Positions 43,691 through 53,503 of a DNA stretch of 64,000 nt are shown here, piece by piece. Each line of letters opens with the position of its first letter. The first letter of the stretch is position 1. The position numbers and the translations under genes are program-made. The stretch comes from Ignavibacteriota bacterium (GTDB lineage Bacteria > Bacteroidota > Ignavibacteria > Ignavibacteriales > Melioribacteraceae), in assembly GCA_016716225.1 (NCBI GenBank), contig JADJWT010000001.1, positions 1,657,726 through 1,721,725 on the forward strand, read 5' to 3'. The notes beneath the pieces were generated by a model. It worked only from the letters and a program-made list of their open reading frames with translations, was not told where the DNA came from and searched no databases.

Positions 43691-45820
43691 ATGATGAAAA
43701 TCTATTATTCAAGAATTTTTTCGGCAATTTTAATTTTAATATTTTTTACTCAATTGAATTTGGCACAGCAAAAAGATGAGCCGGTTGCAGAATCTGATAT
43801 TTTTGATACCGGGAAAATGTGGACTTTTGATTATCCGCCAATTCAATATATTAGCGAAACTTATGGTTTTACTCCGACTGACGAATGGTTTGAAGATGTA
43901 AGATTATCTGCATTAAGAATTCCCGGATGCACAGCTTCTTTCGTTTCTGAAGATGGATTAATAATGACAAATAATCACTGCTCAACTTGGCACAGAGATG
44001 CCGTTGAAAAAGAAGGAGAAGATTTAGAAAAAACCGGTTTTTATGCAGAAAATTTAGAAGCTGAAAGAAAAGTTCCAAATATGTATGCTGAACAATTAGC
44101 ATTTATGGTAGATATCACTGATGCAATTAATGAAGCAATTGAAATGGGTTCAACCGATGAAGAAAAAATTAAAAACAAAGAAAATAAATCAAAAGAATTA
44201 GTTGATTATTACAACAAAGAAACCGGATTGGATTGCCAATTAGTTTCGCTGTTTAACGGCGGAAAACATTCAATTTATGGATATAAAAGATTTAATGATA
44301 TTAGATTAGTTTTTATTCCCGAAGAATCTATTGCATCTTTCGGCGGAGATTTGGATAATTTTACTTATCCGCGTTATGATTTGGATTGTACATTTTTCAG
44401 AGTTTATGATGAATCCGGAAAACCAGTAACATCAAATAATTTCTTCAAGTTTAGCAAAAACGGAGTTCAGAAAGATCAAGTAATTTTTTCCGTCGGAAAT
44501 CCGGGTACAACAAACAGATTAAAAACTGTTTCGCAAATTGAATATAACAGAGATATTACTTACAGAAATAGAGCATTTCAGTTTGATACTTATTACAATT
44601 TGTTGGAAGATTTAAAATATCAATATCCCGATAGAGCAGATGAATTCGAAGATGTTAGAAGACGCATTGGAAATGCACAAAAAGTTTTTCATTATACACA
44701 AGTTGGTTTATTGGACCCTTACATAATTGCAAGAAAGCGAGATTTTGAAAATAAAATTAGAACTGAAGTTGAAGCTAATGATGATTTAAGAGCAAAATAT
44801 AGTCACATTTGGGATGCAATAAATAAATTGCGCGAGGAAATGAAACCGGTTGAAAGTCAACTTTCTGCATACAGACAAACAAGATTTATGGGTTCTCAAT
44901 ATTTTGATATTGCAAAAAATATTATTGAATTTGCAGAACAAATGAATTTGCCGGAAACCGAAAGAAATCCAAAATATACAAAAAATCTTGACTCAGTTAA
45001 AAATTCACTTTATCCCGACTCATTTGATTCAATTTTAGAAAATGTAAAATTGGAAGTTCAGCTTGATTACATAAGAATGAATTTAGGCAACGATAATAAT
45101 TTTGTACAAAAACTTTGCGGAAGTTACCAAGGAAGCGAAGCAGTTGAATATTTGCTAAGTAAATCAGCACTTGGAAATAAAGAAAACGCAATGAAATTTC
45201 TTGAAAATTCTGCAAGTGATATTCTCAACTCAAATGATCCATTAATTTATTTTGTAAAAAACACTAAAGATAAAATTGATGAACTTACTAAAAAGTCAAA
45301 AGAAATTATAGATACTGAAAGTATTTTAGAAAATATGTTGGGAAAAGTGTTATATGAAATTTACGGAACCGAAATTCCACCGGATGCAAATTTTACATTA
45401 AGATTAAGTGACGGTGTTTTAGAAAGTTTTGATTATAATGGAACAAAAGCTATTGAAAAAACAACTTTTTATGGAATGTATGATAGATATTTCGGAAGCG
45501 AGAAAACTTATCCTTGGAATTTACCGGCAAGATGGATTGAACCTCCGGCAGATTTTGATTTATCAACAACTTTTAATTTTATTTCCACAAATGATATTGT
45601 TGGCGGAAGTTCAGGAAGCGCTGTAATTAATAAAGATGCTGAAATAGTTGGTCTTGCTTTTGATGGAAACGTTGCTAGCATTATTGGCAATTTTATTTAT
45701 TTACCGGAAGATAATAGAATGGTTTCAGTTGCTTCACAAGCAATTATTGAAGTTTTAGATAAAGTTTATAAAGCCGATAGAATTGTTGAGGAAATAAAAA
45801 CCGGAAAAATTGCTGATTAA
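43691..45820 (+). CDS. S46 family dipeptidyl-peptidase (DPP7/DPP11-like), paralogue 1
   Basis: It has a signal peptide after the ATG at 43691, with an AAGGAGA RBS. Contains GKMWTFDYPP, GCTASFVSEDGLIMTNNHC and the catalytic-Ser context NDIVGGSSGSAVIN. Confidence 0.87.
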   Translation: MMKIYYSRIFSAILILIFFTQLNLAQQKDEPVAESDIFDTGKMWTFDYPPIQYISETYGFTPTDEWFEDVRLSALRIPGCTASFVSEDGLIMTNNHCSTWHRDAVEKEGEDLEKTGFYAENLEAERKVPNMYAEQLAFMVDITDAINEAIEMGSTDEEKIKNKENKSKELVDYYNKETGLDCQLVSLFNGGKHSIYGYKRFNDIRLVFIPEESIASFGGDLDNFTYPRYDLDCTFFRVYDESGKPVTSNNFFKFSKNGVQKDQVIFSVGNPGTTNRLKTVSQIEYNRDITYRNRAFQFDTYYNLLEDLKYQYPDRADEFEDVRRRIGNAQKVFHYTQVGLLDPYIIARKRDFENKIRTEVEANDDLRAKYSHIWDAINKLREEMKPVESQLSAYRQTRFMGSQYFDIAKNIIEFAEQMNLPETERNPKYTKNLDSVKNSLYPDSFDSILENVKLEVQLDYIRMNLGNDNNFVQKLCGSYQGSEAVEYLLSKSALGNKENAMKFLENSASDILNSNDPLIYFVKNTKDKIDELTKKSKEIIDTESILENMLGKVLYEIYGTEIPPDANFTLRLSDGVLESFDYNGTKAIEKTTFYGMYDRYFGSEKTYPWNLPARWIEPPADFDLSTTFNFISTNDIVGGSSGSAVINKDAEIVGLAFDGNVASIIGNFIYLPEDNRMVSVASQAIIEVLDKVYKADRIVEEIKTGKIAD

Positions 45821-45827
45821 ATTTTGT

Positions 45828-45856
45828 GCTTCAGTAGTTTTAATAATTACTGAAGC
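45828..45856. terminator. bidirectional terminator hairpin between convergent genes
   Basis: The stem pairs GCTTCAGTA (45828-45836) with TACTGAAGC (45848-45856) around an AT-rich loop. Confidence 0.6.
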
Positions 45857-45865
45857 AATTTACAT

Positions 45866-47263
45866 TTAAAAATATCTTACTAATAAATCAATAATTTTTT
45901 TCTTGAAATTTGTATAAGGCGGATAAATAATTTTTAATAAATTTATTTTACCGCCTTTTATATATGATCTTTCATTTGAAAAGGTTTTAAATCCAGCAAA
46001 ACCGTGAGACCTTCCCATTCCACTGTTTTTTACTCCGCCAAATGGTAAATAATTATGACTGAATTGGACAACCAAATCATTAATTCCAACTCCACCGGAT
46101 TCTGTTTGCGATGTAATTATATCTATAACTTTTTTATTTTTACAAAAAATATAAATCGTTAATGGGAAATTGCGGAATTTAATCCATTCAATTGCTTCAT
46201 CAATTTTTTCAAATTCTATAATTGGTAAAAGCGGACCAAAAATTTCTTCATCTGAAATTTTGCAATTTTTGCAATTTGTTAATATTAAAGTTGGCTCAAT
46301 AAATTTATTTTCCAAATCATGTTTTCCGCCATAAATTATTTCGCTTCCATTTGCTAAAGCATTTTCAATCATTCCGGTCAATTTGTTGTGATGTTTTTCT
46401 GAAATAATTCTTGCATAATCTCCATTTTCTTCAATTTTATTTTCAGAACTTTTATAAAATTTCTTAATTGCTTCAATAAGAAAATTTGAAAATTGTGAAG
46501 AAATATTTTTGTTGACTAAAAGATAATCGGGAGCAATGCAAGTTTGACCTTTATTTAAAAATTTTCCCCAAACAATTTTTTCTGCTGAAGATTTTAAATC
46601 GGCAGTTTCATCAATAATTACAGGCGATTTTCCACCAAGTTCCAAAGTTACACTTGTTAATTTTTCTGCTGCAGATTTTGCAATAATTTTTCCAACTTCG
46701 GTACTTCCGGTAAAAAATATATGATCAAAATTCAGTTCCAATAATTCGGAAGAAATATTTCTGTTTCCTCTAATTACTGCAATTTCATTTTTAGGAAATA
46801 ATTCAGAAATCATCTCTTCAATTAATTTCCCGGTATTTTCAGAAAATTCACTTGGTTTAATAATTACAACATTCCCAGCAGCAATTGCAGAAATCAATGG
46901 ACCAATTGTTAGCAAAAATGGATAATTCCACGGAGAAATTATTAAAACATTTCCTTTGGCTTCATATTTAATAAATACTTTATGAGTTAATAAAGTTAGC
47001 GTCCTTCTTACGCTTTTCGGTTTTATCCAACTTGATAAATTACGTTTCGCATGCTTTAACTCGGAAAGAACGGGATAGATTTCTGTTAAATCAGTTTCTA
47101 TAAAAGATTTTTTAAAATCTTTGTGAAGTGATGTTTTAACCTTATCTCTATTGGCTAAAATCCACTTCTCAATTTTATTTAATTTTCCAATTCTCTCTTT
47201 TGCAGAAGAATTTTTTAGATTTAATTTATTTTCGAATTGAAGTTGAAATATTTCCTTTCCCAT
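45866..47263 (-). CDS. NAD(P)+-dependent aldehyde dehydrogenase (class 3-like)
   Basis: Contains ELGGKSP, the catalytic Cys context GQTCIAPDY, and EIFGPLLPI. Length is 465 aa. Confidence 0.9.
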   Translation of the reverse strand: MGKEIFQLQFENKLNLKNSSAKERIGKLNKIEKWILANRDKVKTSLHKDFKKSFIETDLTEIYPVLSELKHAKRNLSSWIKPKSVRRTLTLLTHKVFIKYEAKGNVLIISPWNYPFLLTIGPLISAIAAGNVVIIKPSEFSENTGKLIEEMISELFPKNEIAVIRGNRNISSELLELNFDHIFFTGSTEVGKIIAKSAAEKLTSVTLELGGKSPVIIDETADLKSSAEKIVWGKFLNKGQTCIAPDYLLVNKNISSQFSNFLIEAIKKFYKSSENKIEENGDYARIISEKHHNKLTGMIENALANGSEIIYGGKHDLENKFIEPTLILTNCKNCKISDEEIFGPLLPIIEFEKIDEAIEWIKFRNFPLTIYIFCKNKKVIDIITSQTESGGVGINDLVVQFSHNYLPFGGVKNSGMGRSHGFAGFKTFSNERSYIKGGKINLLKIIYPPYTNFKKKIIDLLVRYF

Positions 47264-47391
47264 TTATCGCTAAAAGTTATTGGATAAAATTCGTAATTAA
47301 CACAAGTAAAATAAAACTTATTTCTACAAATTGATTGAATTAATATTTGTAAATTTTGAGCATAAAAATATTTCCAAAAAATGGGGAAGTG

Positions 47392-49515
47392 ATGATTCAA
47401 AGAAAATTAAACATCGGCCTTTTTGCAATACTATTTATTTCAAAAATCATTTTTGCACAATCAAATTTTTATGAACCAATTGATATAAATAATGTGAAAT
47501 GGTCGATAAATGATTTTGGTAAAATGTGGACATTTGATAAAGTTCCAGTAGATAAGTTTGAAGCGAAGTATGGATTTAAGCCTTCAGACGAATGGTTGAG
47601 CGATGTGCAAAAATCTGCGTTGCAATTTGATGGCGGATGTTCTGCAGCTTTTGTTTCTCAAGATGGATTGATTATGACAAATCACCATTGTGGAAGAGAT
47701 GAATTAAACACAGTACAAAAAGAAGGCGAGAATTTATTAAAAGATGGATTTTATGCTGATGAATTGGAAGAGGAAAGAAAAATAGAAGGACTTTTTGTCG
47801 ATCAATTAATTCTTATTGAAGATGTAACAAATGAAATTAAAGATTTTATGAATTCCGGCAAAACTGATCAAGAAAAAATAATTCTGCGTGATAAAATGAA
47901 AGATTCACTTACTAATAAGTTTAACAGTGAAACTGGATTGAATTGCAGAATTGTTACACTTTACAACGGCGGAAAATATTCACTTTATGGATATAAAAGA
48001 TATAATGATATTCGCTTGGTGATGGCACCGGATTTTCAAATTGCTGCAACCGGCTGGGATTGGGATAATTTTACTTATCCAAGATATGAATTGGATTTTA
48101 TGTTTTACAGAGCATATGAAAATGGAAAGCCGATTAAAACCGAAAATTATTTTAAGTGGAGTAAAAATGGCGCTGAGGAAAACGAACTAATTTTTGTTGT
48201 TGGTCGCCCTGGAAAAACGGATAGACTACTTTCATTTGCTGAATTGGAATTCCTTCGCGATTTTACTTACAAGCAAAGTTTAATAGGATTTAATGAAATT
48301 TATAATGTTTACTTTGACTTGTATTCTAAATATCCAGAACGAGATGATTTGTTAAATCGTGTTATGGGTTATGGGAATGCTCGTAAATCCTATGCCGGAA
48401 GAATAAGCGGATTGAAGAATGAATTTATTATGAAGAAAAAACTAGATTTTGAAAAAGAGTTAATTGAAAAAGTAAAAACTGATTCAATATTAAATGAAAA
48501 ATATGGGAATATTTGGAATTCGTTAAAAATTGTTTTAGATGAATTAAAAAATTATTCAGCAAAAAATACCGCAATTAGATTTAATAGAATTATACGACCG
48601 GTTTATTTTACAATTGCAGAAAATTTAGTTGAACTTGCCAGTCAAAAAAAATTAAAAAACGATAAAAGATTAGAAAAATTTAAAGATGAAAATTTAGCTG
48701 AAACAATAAATAAGATCTATCCTGATTCTATAAATATTGAGCTTGAGACCAACTTTTTAATTGCACATAAAAGTTTTATTGAAAAAATAATTGGTAAGGA
48801 AAGTGAATATTATAAAATACTTTATAAAAATTTAGAAATAAAGGAGTTAATAAAATCATCTCAAATATCAAATAAAGAAGAGTTTAATAATTATACAAAA
48901 TTATCAAGTGAAGAAATTTTAAGTATTTCTGATCCATTTATAAAATATGTAATTGAATTAAAAAAATTGGAAGAAGATATATTTCCTAAAATCAAAGAAT
49001 TGAATAATACACGACAAGTCTTAAATCAATCATTGGGAGAAGTTATATCTATTATTTTTGGTGATAAAATTCCTCCGGATGCAACTTCTACTTTGCGAAT
49101 TTCAGACGGCGTATTAAAAGGTTATGAATATAACGGAACGATTGCTCCGGGAAAAACAACATACTACGGTTTGTGGGATCGATATGAATCATTTAATAAA
49201 AAAACATATCCTTGGGGATTGCATGAAAGATGGAAAAATATTCCCGAAGATTTGGATCTTTCTACCTCAATTGGATTTGCATCAACAAATGATATTGTTG
49301 GTGGAAATTCCGGAAGCTCTTTAATAAATAAAAATCAAGAAGTTGTTGGCTTAGCACATGATGGAAATATTGAAAGTCTTGCCGGAGACGTAATATTTTT
49401 GGAAGAAAATAACAGAACAGTTGCAACAGATTCCAAAGGATTGATTGAAGCTTTAAAATACGTTTACAGAACAGATAATCTGGTTGAAGAATTGATAAAT
49501 GGAAAGTTGGAATAA
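47392..49515 (+). CDS. S46 family dipeptidyl-peptidase (DPP7/DPP11-like), paralogue 2
   Basis: It is collinear with 43691-45820: GKMWTFDKVP, GCSAAFVSQDGLIMTNHHC and NDIVGGNSGSSLIN. A signal peptide follows the ATG at 47392. Confidence 0.87.
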   Translation: MIQRKLNIGLFAILFISKIIFAQSNFYEPIDINNVKWSINDFGKMWTFDKVPVDKFEAKYGFKPSDEWLSDVQKSALQFDGGCSAAFVSQDGLIMTNHHCGRDELNTVQKEGENLLKDGFYADELEEERKIEGLFVDQLILIEDVTNEIKDFMNSGKTDQEKIILRDKMKDSLTNKFNSETGLNCRIVTLYNGGKYSLYGYKRYNDIRLVMAPDFQIAATGWDWDNFTYPRYELDFMFYRAYENGKPIKTENYFKWSKNGAEENELIFVVGRPGKTDRLLSFAELEFLRDFTYKQSLIGFNEIYNVYFDLYSKYPERDDLLNRVMGYGNARKSYAGRISGLKNEFIMKKKLDFEKELIEKVKTDSILNEKYGNIWNSLKIVLDELKNYSAKNTAIRFNRIIRPVYFTIAENLVELASQKKLKNDKRLEKFKDENLAETINKIYPDSINIELETNFLIAHKSFIEKIIGKESEYYKILYKNLEIKELIKSSQISNKEEFNNYTKLSSEEILSISDPFIKYVIELKKLEEDIFPKIKELNNTRQVLNQSLGEVISIIFGDKIPPDATSTLRISDGVLKGYEYNGTIAPGKTTYYGLWDRYESFNKKTYPWGLHERWKNIPEDLDLSTSIGFASTNDIVGGNSGSSLINKNQEVVGLAHDGNIESLAGDVIFLEENNRTVATDSKGLIEALKYVYRTDNLVEELINGKLE

Positions 49516-49790
49516 TTTGGCTTGAAGATAATAACTAATTTTTGACTTAAAATATTTATTCAAATTATACTATATATCTCTTTATAATATTTATAACAAA
49601 ATATTAAAATACTTGATTTTTAAAATTTCGTAATCTATTTTATACACATAAAGCAATAAGCCTAAACCTTGTGAGAAACATTATGAATTTTAAATTCTAA
49701 GTTTTCTCCATTTTACATTTCCAGCGCTTCCCCAAGGATTCTACTTACAGTTTATTTGATTTTATTTTAATCAATCATAGGCTAGAGTAA

Positions 49791-52169
49791 ATGATTGGGC
49801 GATTAATAAATCATTATAGAATTATTGAAAAACTCGGCAGTGGCGGAATGGGTGTTGTTTATAAAGCCTTCGACGAAAAGCTTAACCGTTTTGTTGCACT
49901 TAAATTTTTGCCTTCCAATTGTTATATTGACGATGTTTATAGATTTAGTATTATTAGTGAAGCTAGAACTTCAGCTACTTTAGAACATCCAAATATTTGC
50001 AATATTCATGAAGTTGTTGAGACAGATGATAATCAAGTTTTTATAGTAATGGCATATTATGAAGGAGAAACTCTTAAACAAAAAATTGAAAATAAATCAT
50101 TAGAGCATGATCAAATTGTAAATATAATTTTTCAAATATTAAATGGTTTACAAGCATCTCATGAAAAAGGAATTATTCATAGAGATATAAAACCAGCAAA
50201 TATTTTTATTACAAACAAAAATGAAGTTAAAATTTTAGATTTTGGATTAGCTAAAAATTTCGAAGATATTAATTTAACTTCGACCGAATCAACTTCCGGA
50301 ACTTTTGCTTACATGTCACCTGAGCAAATCAAAGGTGAAAATTTAGATCATAGAACAGACATTTGGTCATTTGGTGTTTTACTATATGAACTAATAAGTA
50401 ATAAAAAGCCATTTAATGATAAATATGAACAATCAACATTATTTTCAATTTTAAATGATGAGCCTAATCTAACCGAAATAAACAAAAATAAAAAAGATAA
50501 GTTACTTGAAGAAATAATTATAAAATGCTTAGACAAAAATAAGGAATTAAGATTTCAGTCTGTTGACGAAATAATAAAATTGCTGAAAATTAAATATTCC
50601 GTAGCTACTAAAAGTAAGATATTTAAATTTTCAAAATTACTTATTGCGACTGCATTTTTGTTAATAATTTCAATCATTTATTTTTTCGCAAGTATTAAAA
50701 AAAATTATTTTAATGGCGAAAAAAATTATAAACAAATAGCAATTTTATTTAAAAATTCAGAATCCAGTAAAAATTTTTCCGAAACATCTCTACTGCTTCA
50801 ATCATTACTATCACAAAATTTAATTAACTATGAAAATATTAAAATTATTGATCCAATAAGTATGAATGGATTAATAGAAAATCTGAAAATAGTTGGTGAT
50901 ATAAGATCAGCAGTAAATATGAACAGAATATTGGGAGAAATGTCAATAGATTATTATTTGGTAGGAACAATAATCTCCCAAACGAAAAAAAATTTACAAA
51001 CATATTTAATTAAAACAGATACAAAAGAAATAATTTTTTCAAAAAATAATTATTTTGAAACGGAAAGCGAATTACCAGAAATAGCAAACAAAATTTCCAA
51101 TGTTATTTTGGATTATTTCCAAATTCAAAAAATTGATTTGAGGCATGACAAAGATTTACAGCCTTTCATTCAAGGTACAAATAATCTTTCCGCATTAAAA
51201 TCATTTCTAATTGCAAGTGAATTTAATTACAAGCTTGATAAGGTAAATGAAGAAAAATATTTAAAAAGTGCCATTAGTTTAGACTCAACTTTTATTTCCC
51301 CAAGAATATGGTTAATTCCAACACTTATTTATAGAGGAGAAATTAAAGAAGCCATTGAACAGTTTAGAATGGTTAAAAACTTAGAACAAAAAGCTAATAG
51401 AAATGAACAGATTATGATAAAATGGGCTGAAGCCTATGTTAATAAAGATATAGAAAATCAAATTAAATATTTAAAACTTGCTTTAGAGTATATGCCAAGG
51501 AATAATATAATTATGTACAATCTTGCTTATTTATATTGTACTCTTACAAATTATAATGAATCAATTTATTTCTTAGAACAAATAATGGAAATGAAATGGA
51601 ATTTTCCCGAAGTGTATACGTTGTTAGGATTCTGTTATACAAAATTAAAAATGTATTCTCAAGCAATTAAAACTTTGGAAAATTCTTTTAATATAAAACC
51701 AGTAAATAATGATATTTATTTACTTCTTAAAATAGCATACAATAAACAAAAAAATCTGAACCGATCGAATTACTATGATTCGCTTTATTTTGAAAATATT
51801 AAAAAAGAAGGTGTTCCATTAATATATTCAATTGAAAATTCCGCAAATTATGATCTAGAGTTTGGCGAGACAAATAATGCAATTAATTCGTTTAAAACAA
51901 TTTTAGATATTGAACCTAATAATTTAGAAATACGAGAAAGAATTGCTGATTTATATCTTGAAAAATTGGATACTAATTTATCTATAATCGAATATTTCAA
52001 AATTCTTCAACTAAATAAGGGAAAATTATCCGTATATCTAAAATTGGGTAAAATTTTTGATAAAAGAAAAGATACACTTAAAGCTCTACAGTATTATAAA
52101 GAATATATAAAAGTTGACTCAACAAAAAATAAGGATTCAATAAGTAATAGAATCCGTCAATTAAAATAA
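49791..52169 (+). CDS. Hanks-type Ser/Thr protein kinase with a TM helix and C-terminal TPR-repeat region
   Basis: The kinase motifs are GSGGMGVVYKA, VALKFL, HRDIKPANIF, DFGLAK and YMSPEQ. The TM helix is LLIATAFLLIISIIYFFA, followed by TPR-like repeats. Confidence 0.88.
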   Translation: MIGRLINHYRIIEKLGSGGMGVVYKAFDEKLNRFVALKFLPSNCYIDDVYRFSIISEARTSATLEHPNICNIHEVVETDDNQVFIVMAYYEGETLKQKIENKSLEHDQIVNIIFQILNGLQASHEKGIIHRDIKPANIFITNKNEVKILDFGLAKNFEDINLTSTESTSGTFAYMSPEQIKGENLDHRTDIWSFGVLLYELISNKKPFNDKYEQSTLFSILNDEPNLTEINKNKKDKLLEEIIIKCLDKNKELRFQSVDEIIKLLKIKYSVATKSKIFKFSKLLIATAFLLIISIIYFFASIKKNYFNGEKNYKQIAILFKNSESSKNFSETSLLLQSLLSQNLINYENIKIIDPISMNGLIENLKIVGDIRSAVNMNRILGEMSIDYYLVGTIISQTKKNLQTYLIKTDTKEIIFSKNNYFETESELPEIANKISNVILDYFQIQKIDLRHDKDLQPFIQGTNNLSALKSFLIASEFNYKLDKVNEEKYLKSAISLDSTFISPRIWLIPTLIYRGEIKEAIEQFRMVKNLEQKANRNEQIMIKWAEAYVNKDIENQIKYLKLALEYMPRNNIIMYNLAYLYCTLTNYNESIYFLEQIMEMKWNFPEVYTLLGFCYTKLKMYSQAIKTLENSFNIKPVNNDIYLLLKIAYNKQKNLNRSNYYDSLYFENIKKEGVPLIYSIENSANYDLEFGETNNAINSFKTILDIEPNNLEIRERIADLYLEKLDTNLSIIEYFKILQLNKGKLSVYLKLGKIFDKRKDTLKALQYYKEYIKVDSTKNKDSISNRIRQLK

Positions 52170-52187
52170 TGTTTAAGGAGGAAACCC

Positions 52188-52490
52188 ATGATCGATCTAG
52201 AAAAAATTAAAGCAATCTATAATCAAGCTTTAACTGATGAAATATTTTTTAATGATTTTCTTCAAAATCCGGAAAATTTCAAATCAAATTTTAACTTAAC
52301 AGATTCTGAGATTGTAGAAATTAATACTATTCTAAACAAAACTGTTTCAAATAAAGAAATGATTGGTAAATTTTATGCAACTTTTAAAAATTATTCAACA
52401 ACTTTGGGAGCAATATCAATAAAACCACCAATACCATGGTGGCCAACTTTTCCTATTCCTCCTATTGAGGATACCGATTCACCAAGATAA
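52188..52490 (+). CDS. candidate RiPP precursor peptide (NHLP/Nif11-like leader, Pro/Trp-rich C-terminal core)
   Basis: A strong AAGGAGG RBS lies at 52175-52181. The leader-like segment is IYNQALTDEIFFNDFLQNPENFKSNFNLTDSEIVEIN, and a Gly-Ala pair sits at residues 74-75. The tail is ISIKPPIPWWPTFPIPPIEDTDSPR. Confidence 0.5.
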   Translation: MIDLEKIKAIYNQALTDEIFFNDFLQNPENFKSNFNLTDSEIVEINTILNKTVSNKEMIGKFYATFKNYSTTLGAISIKPPIPWWPTFPIPPIEDTDSPR

Positions 52491-52519
52491 TTATATGTTT
52501 TACAAAAAGAATTCTGAAA

Positions 52520-53467
52520 ATGTATTTAATGGACTTTAAAAGTCGCTTTGATGAATTAGTTAAATTTTGGCCGGAATTAATAAAGGCTGATTTAAATAAT
52601 TATATGAAAGAAAAAAATTATCTTCATGACAATAATTATGAAAAATGTAATTATGGTTATCCTCTTTGGAGTGAAATTTTAATTTCACTGGATGAACATT
52701 TATCAAATAATTCAAAAATTAGTTCACATCAAAATATTTTCTTGCAAGATATTATATGGGCTCAGTTTTGTTTAATACTAGCTTTTAGAATAAAGGATGA
52801 TTTGTATGACGGTGAAATAAAAAGTAACACACTTTTAGCTTCCTCAGATTTACTCCAAATAGAATCAATAAAAACTTATAAAAAGTATTTTAAAAGTTCA
52901 GATTCGTTTTGGACCTCATTCCATGATTCAATTAGTTTAACAATACTTGCGGCAATTAAAGTAGATGAAATGCAGCAAAATATTAGAACTGATCCTGATG
53001 AATTATTAAACACCTATTATAATGTTATATCATTATTCAATATTGGAATATCAGCAGTCTGCAAAAAATACCGAAAAGAAAATATCTTAAAAGACATTTT
53101 AAATTTTTCAACTAACTTAACTCTAGCAGCACAAATTTTAGATGATTTAGAAGATATTGAAGAAGATTTTTCAAGAAAAAGATTCAACTATGTTATCTTG
53201 AAATTATTAAATACTTCTCCACAGATTATTATAGATGAAAATTTTGTGGATGAAGAATTGATTTCAAAAATTATATTAAAAGAAGGATTAAATAACATTT
53301 TTGACAATGTTTTTGAACTTATTCAAATAAGTAAAACAATTTTAAATTCTTTAAAATTTGAGATTTTTTTTAGTTTAATTATTAATCATGAAGAATATGT
53401 AAAATTATTTAAAGAGAAATATCATAAAGATAGGATCAACATTATCTTCAATGAATTAAAGATTTAA
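52520..53467 (+). CDS. isoprenoid-synthase-fold protein with two Asp-rich motifs (polyprenyl synthase/ComQ-like)
   Basis: Contains DDLYD (52796-52810) and LAAQILDDLEDIEED (DDLED at 53141-53155), about 115 residues apart. The second context resembles the FQxxDDxxD motif of trans-prenyl synthases. The protein appears all-helical. Confidence 0.5.
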   Translation: MYLMDFKSRFDELVKFWPELIKADLNNYMKEKNYLHDNNYEKCNYGYPLWSEILISLDEHLSNNSKISSHQNIFLQDIIWAQFCLILAFRIKDDLYDGEIKSNTLLASSDLLQIESIKTYKKYFKSSDSFWTSFHDSISLTILAAIKVDEMQQNIRTDPDELLNTYYNVISLFNIGISAVCKKYRKENILKDILNFSTNLTLAAQILDDLEDIEEDFSRKRFNYVILKLLNTSPQIIIDENFVDEELISKIILKEGLNNIFDNVFELIQISKTILNSLKFEIFFSLIINHEEYVKLFKEKYHKDRINIIFNELKI

Positions 53468-53503
53468 ATAGTTTTTAAAATAATATTACTTTAGCAAAAT
53501 AAA

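Noticed and set aside
49516-49790. Long 275-nt intergenic region before the Ser/Thr kinase, examined for a tRNA, riboswitch or sRNA.
   Set aside because: Only imperfect pairing was found (GAGAAAC ... GTTTTCTC with a bulge), and there is no tRNA-like GC-rich arm. The evidence is insufficient.
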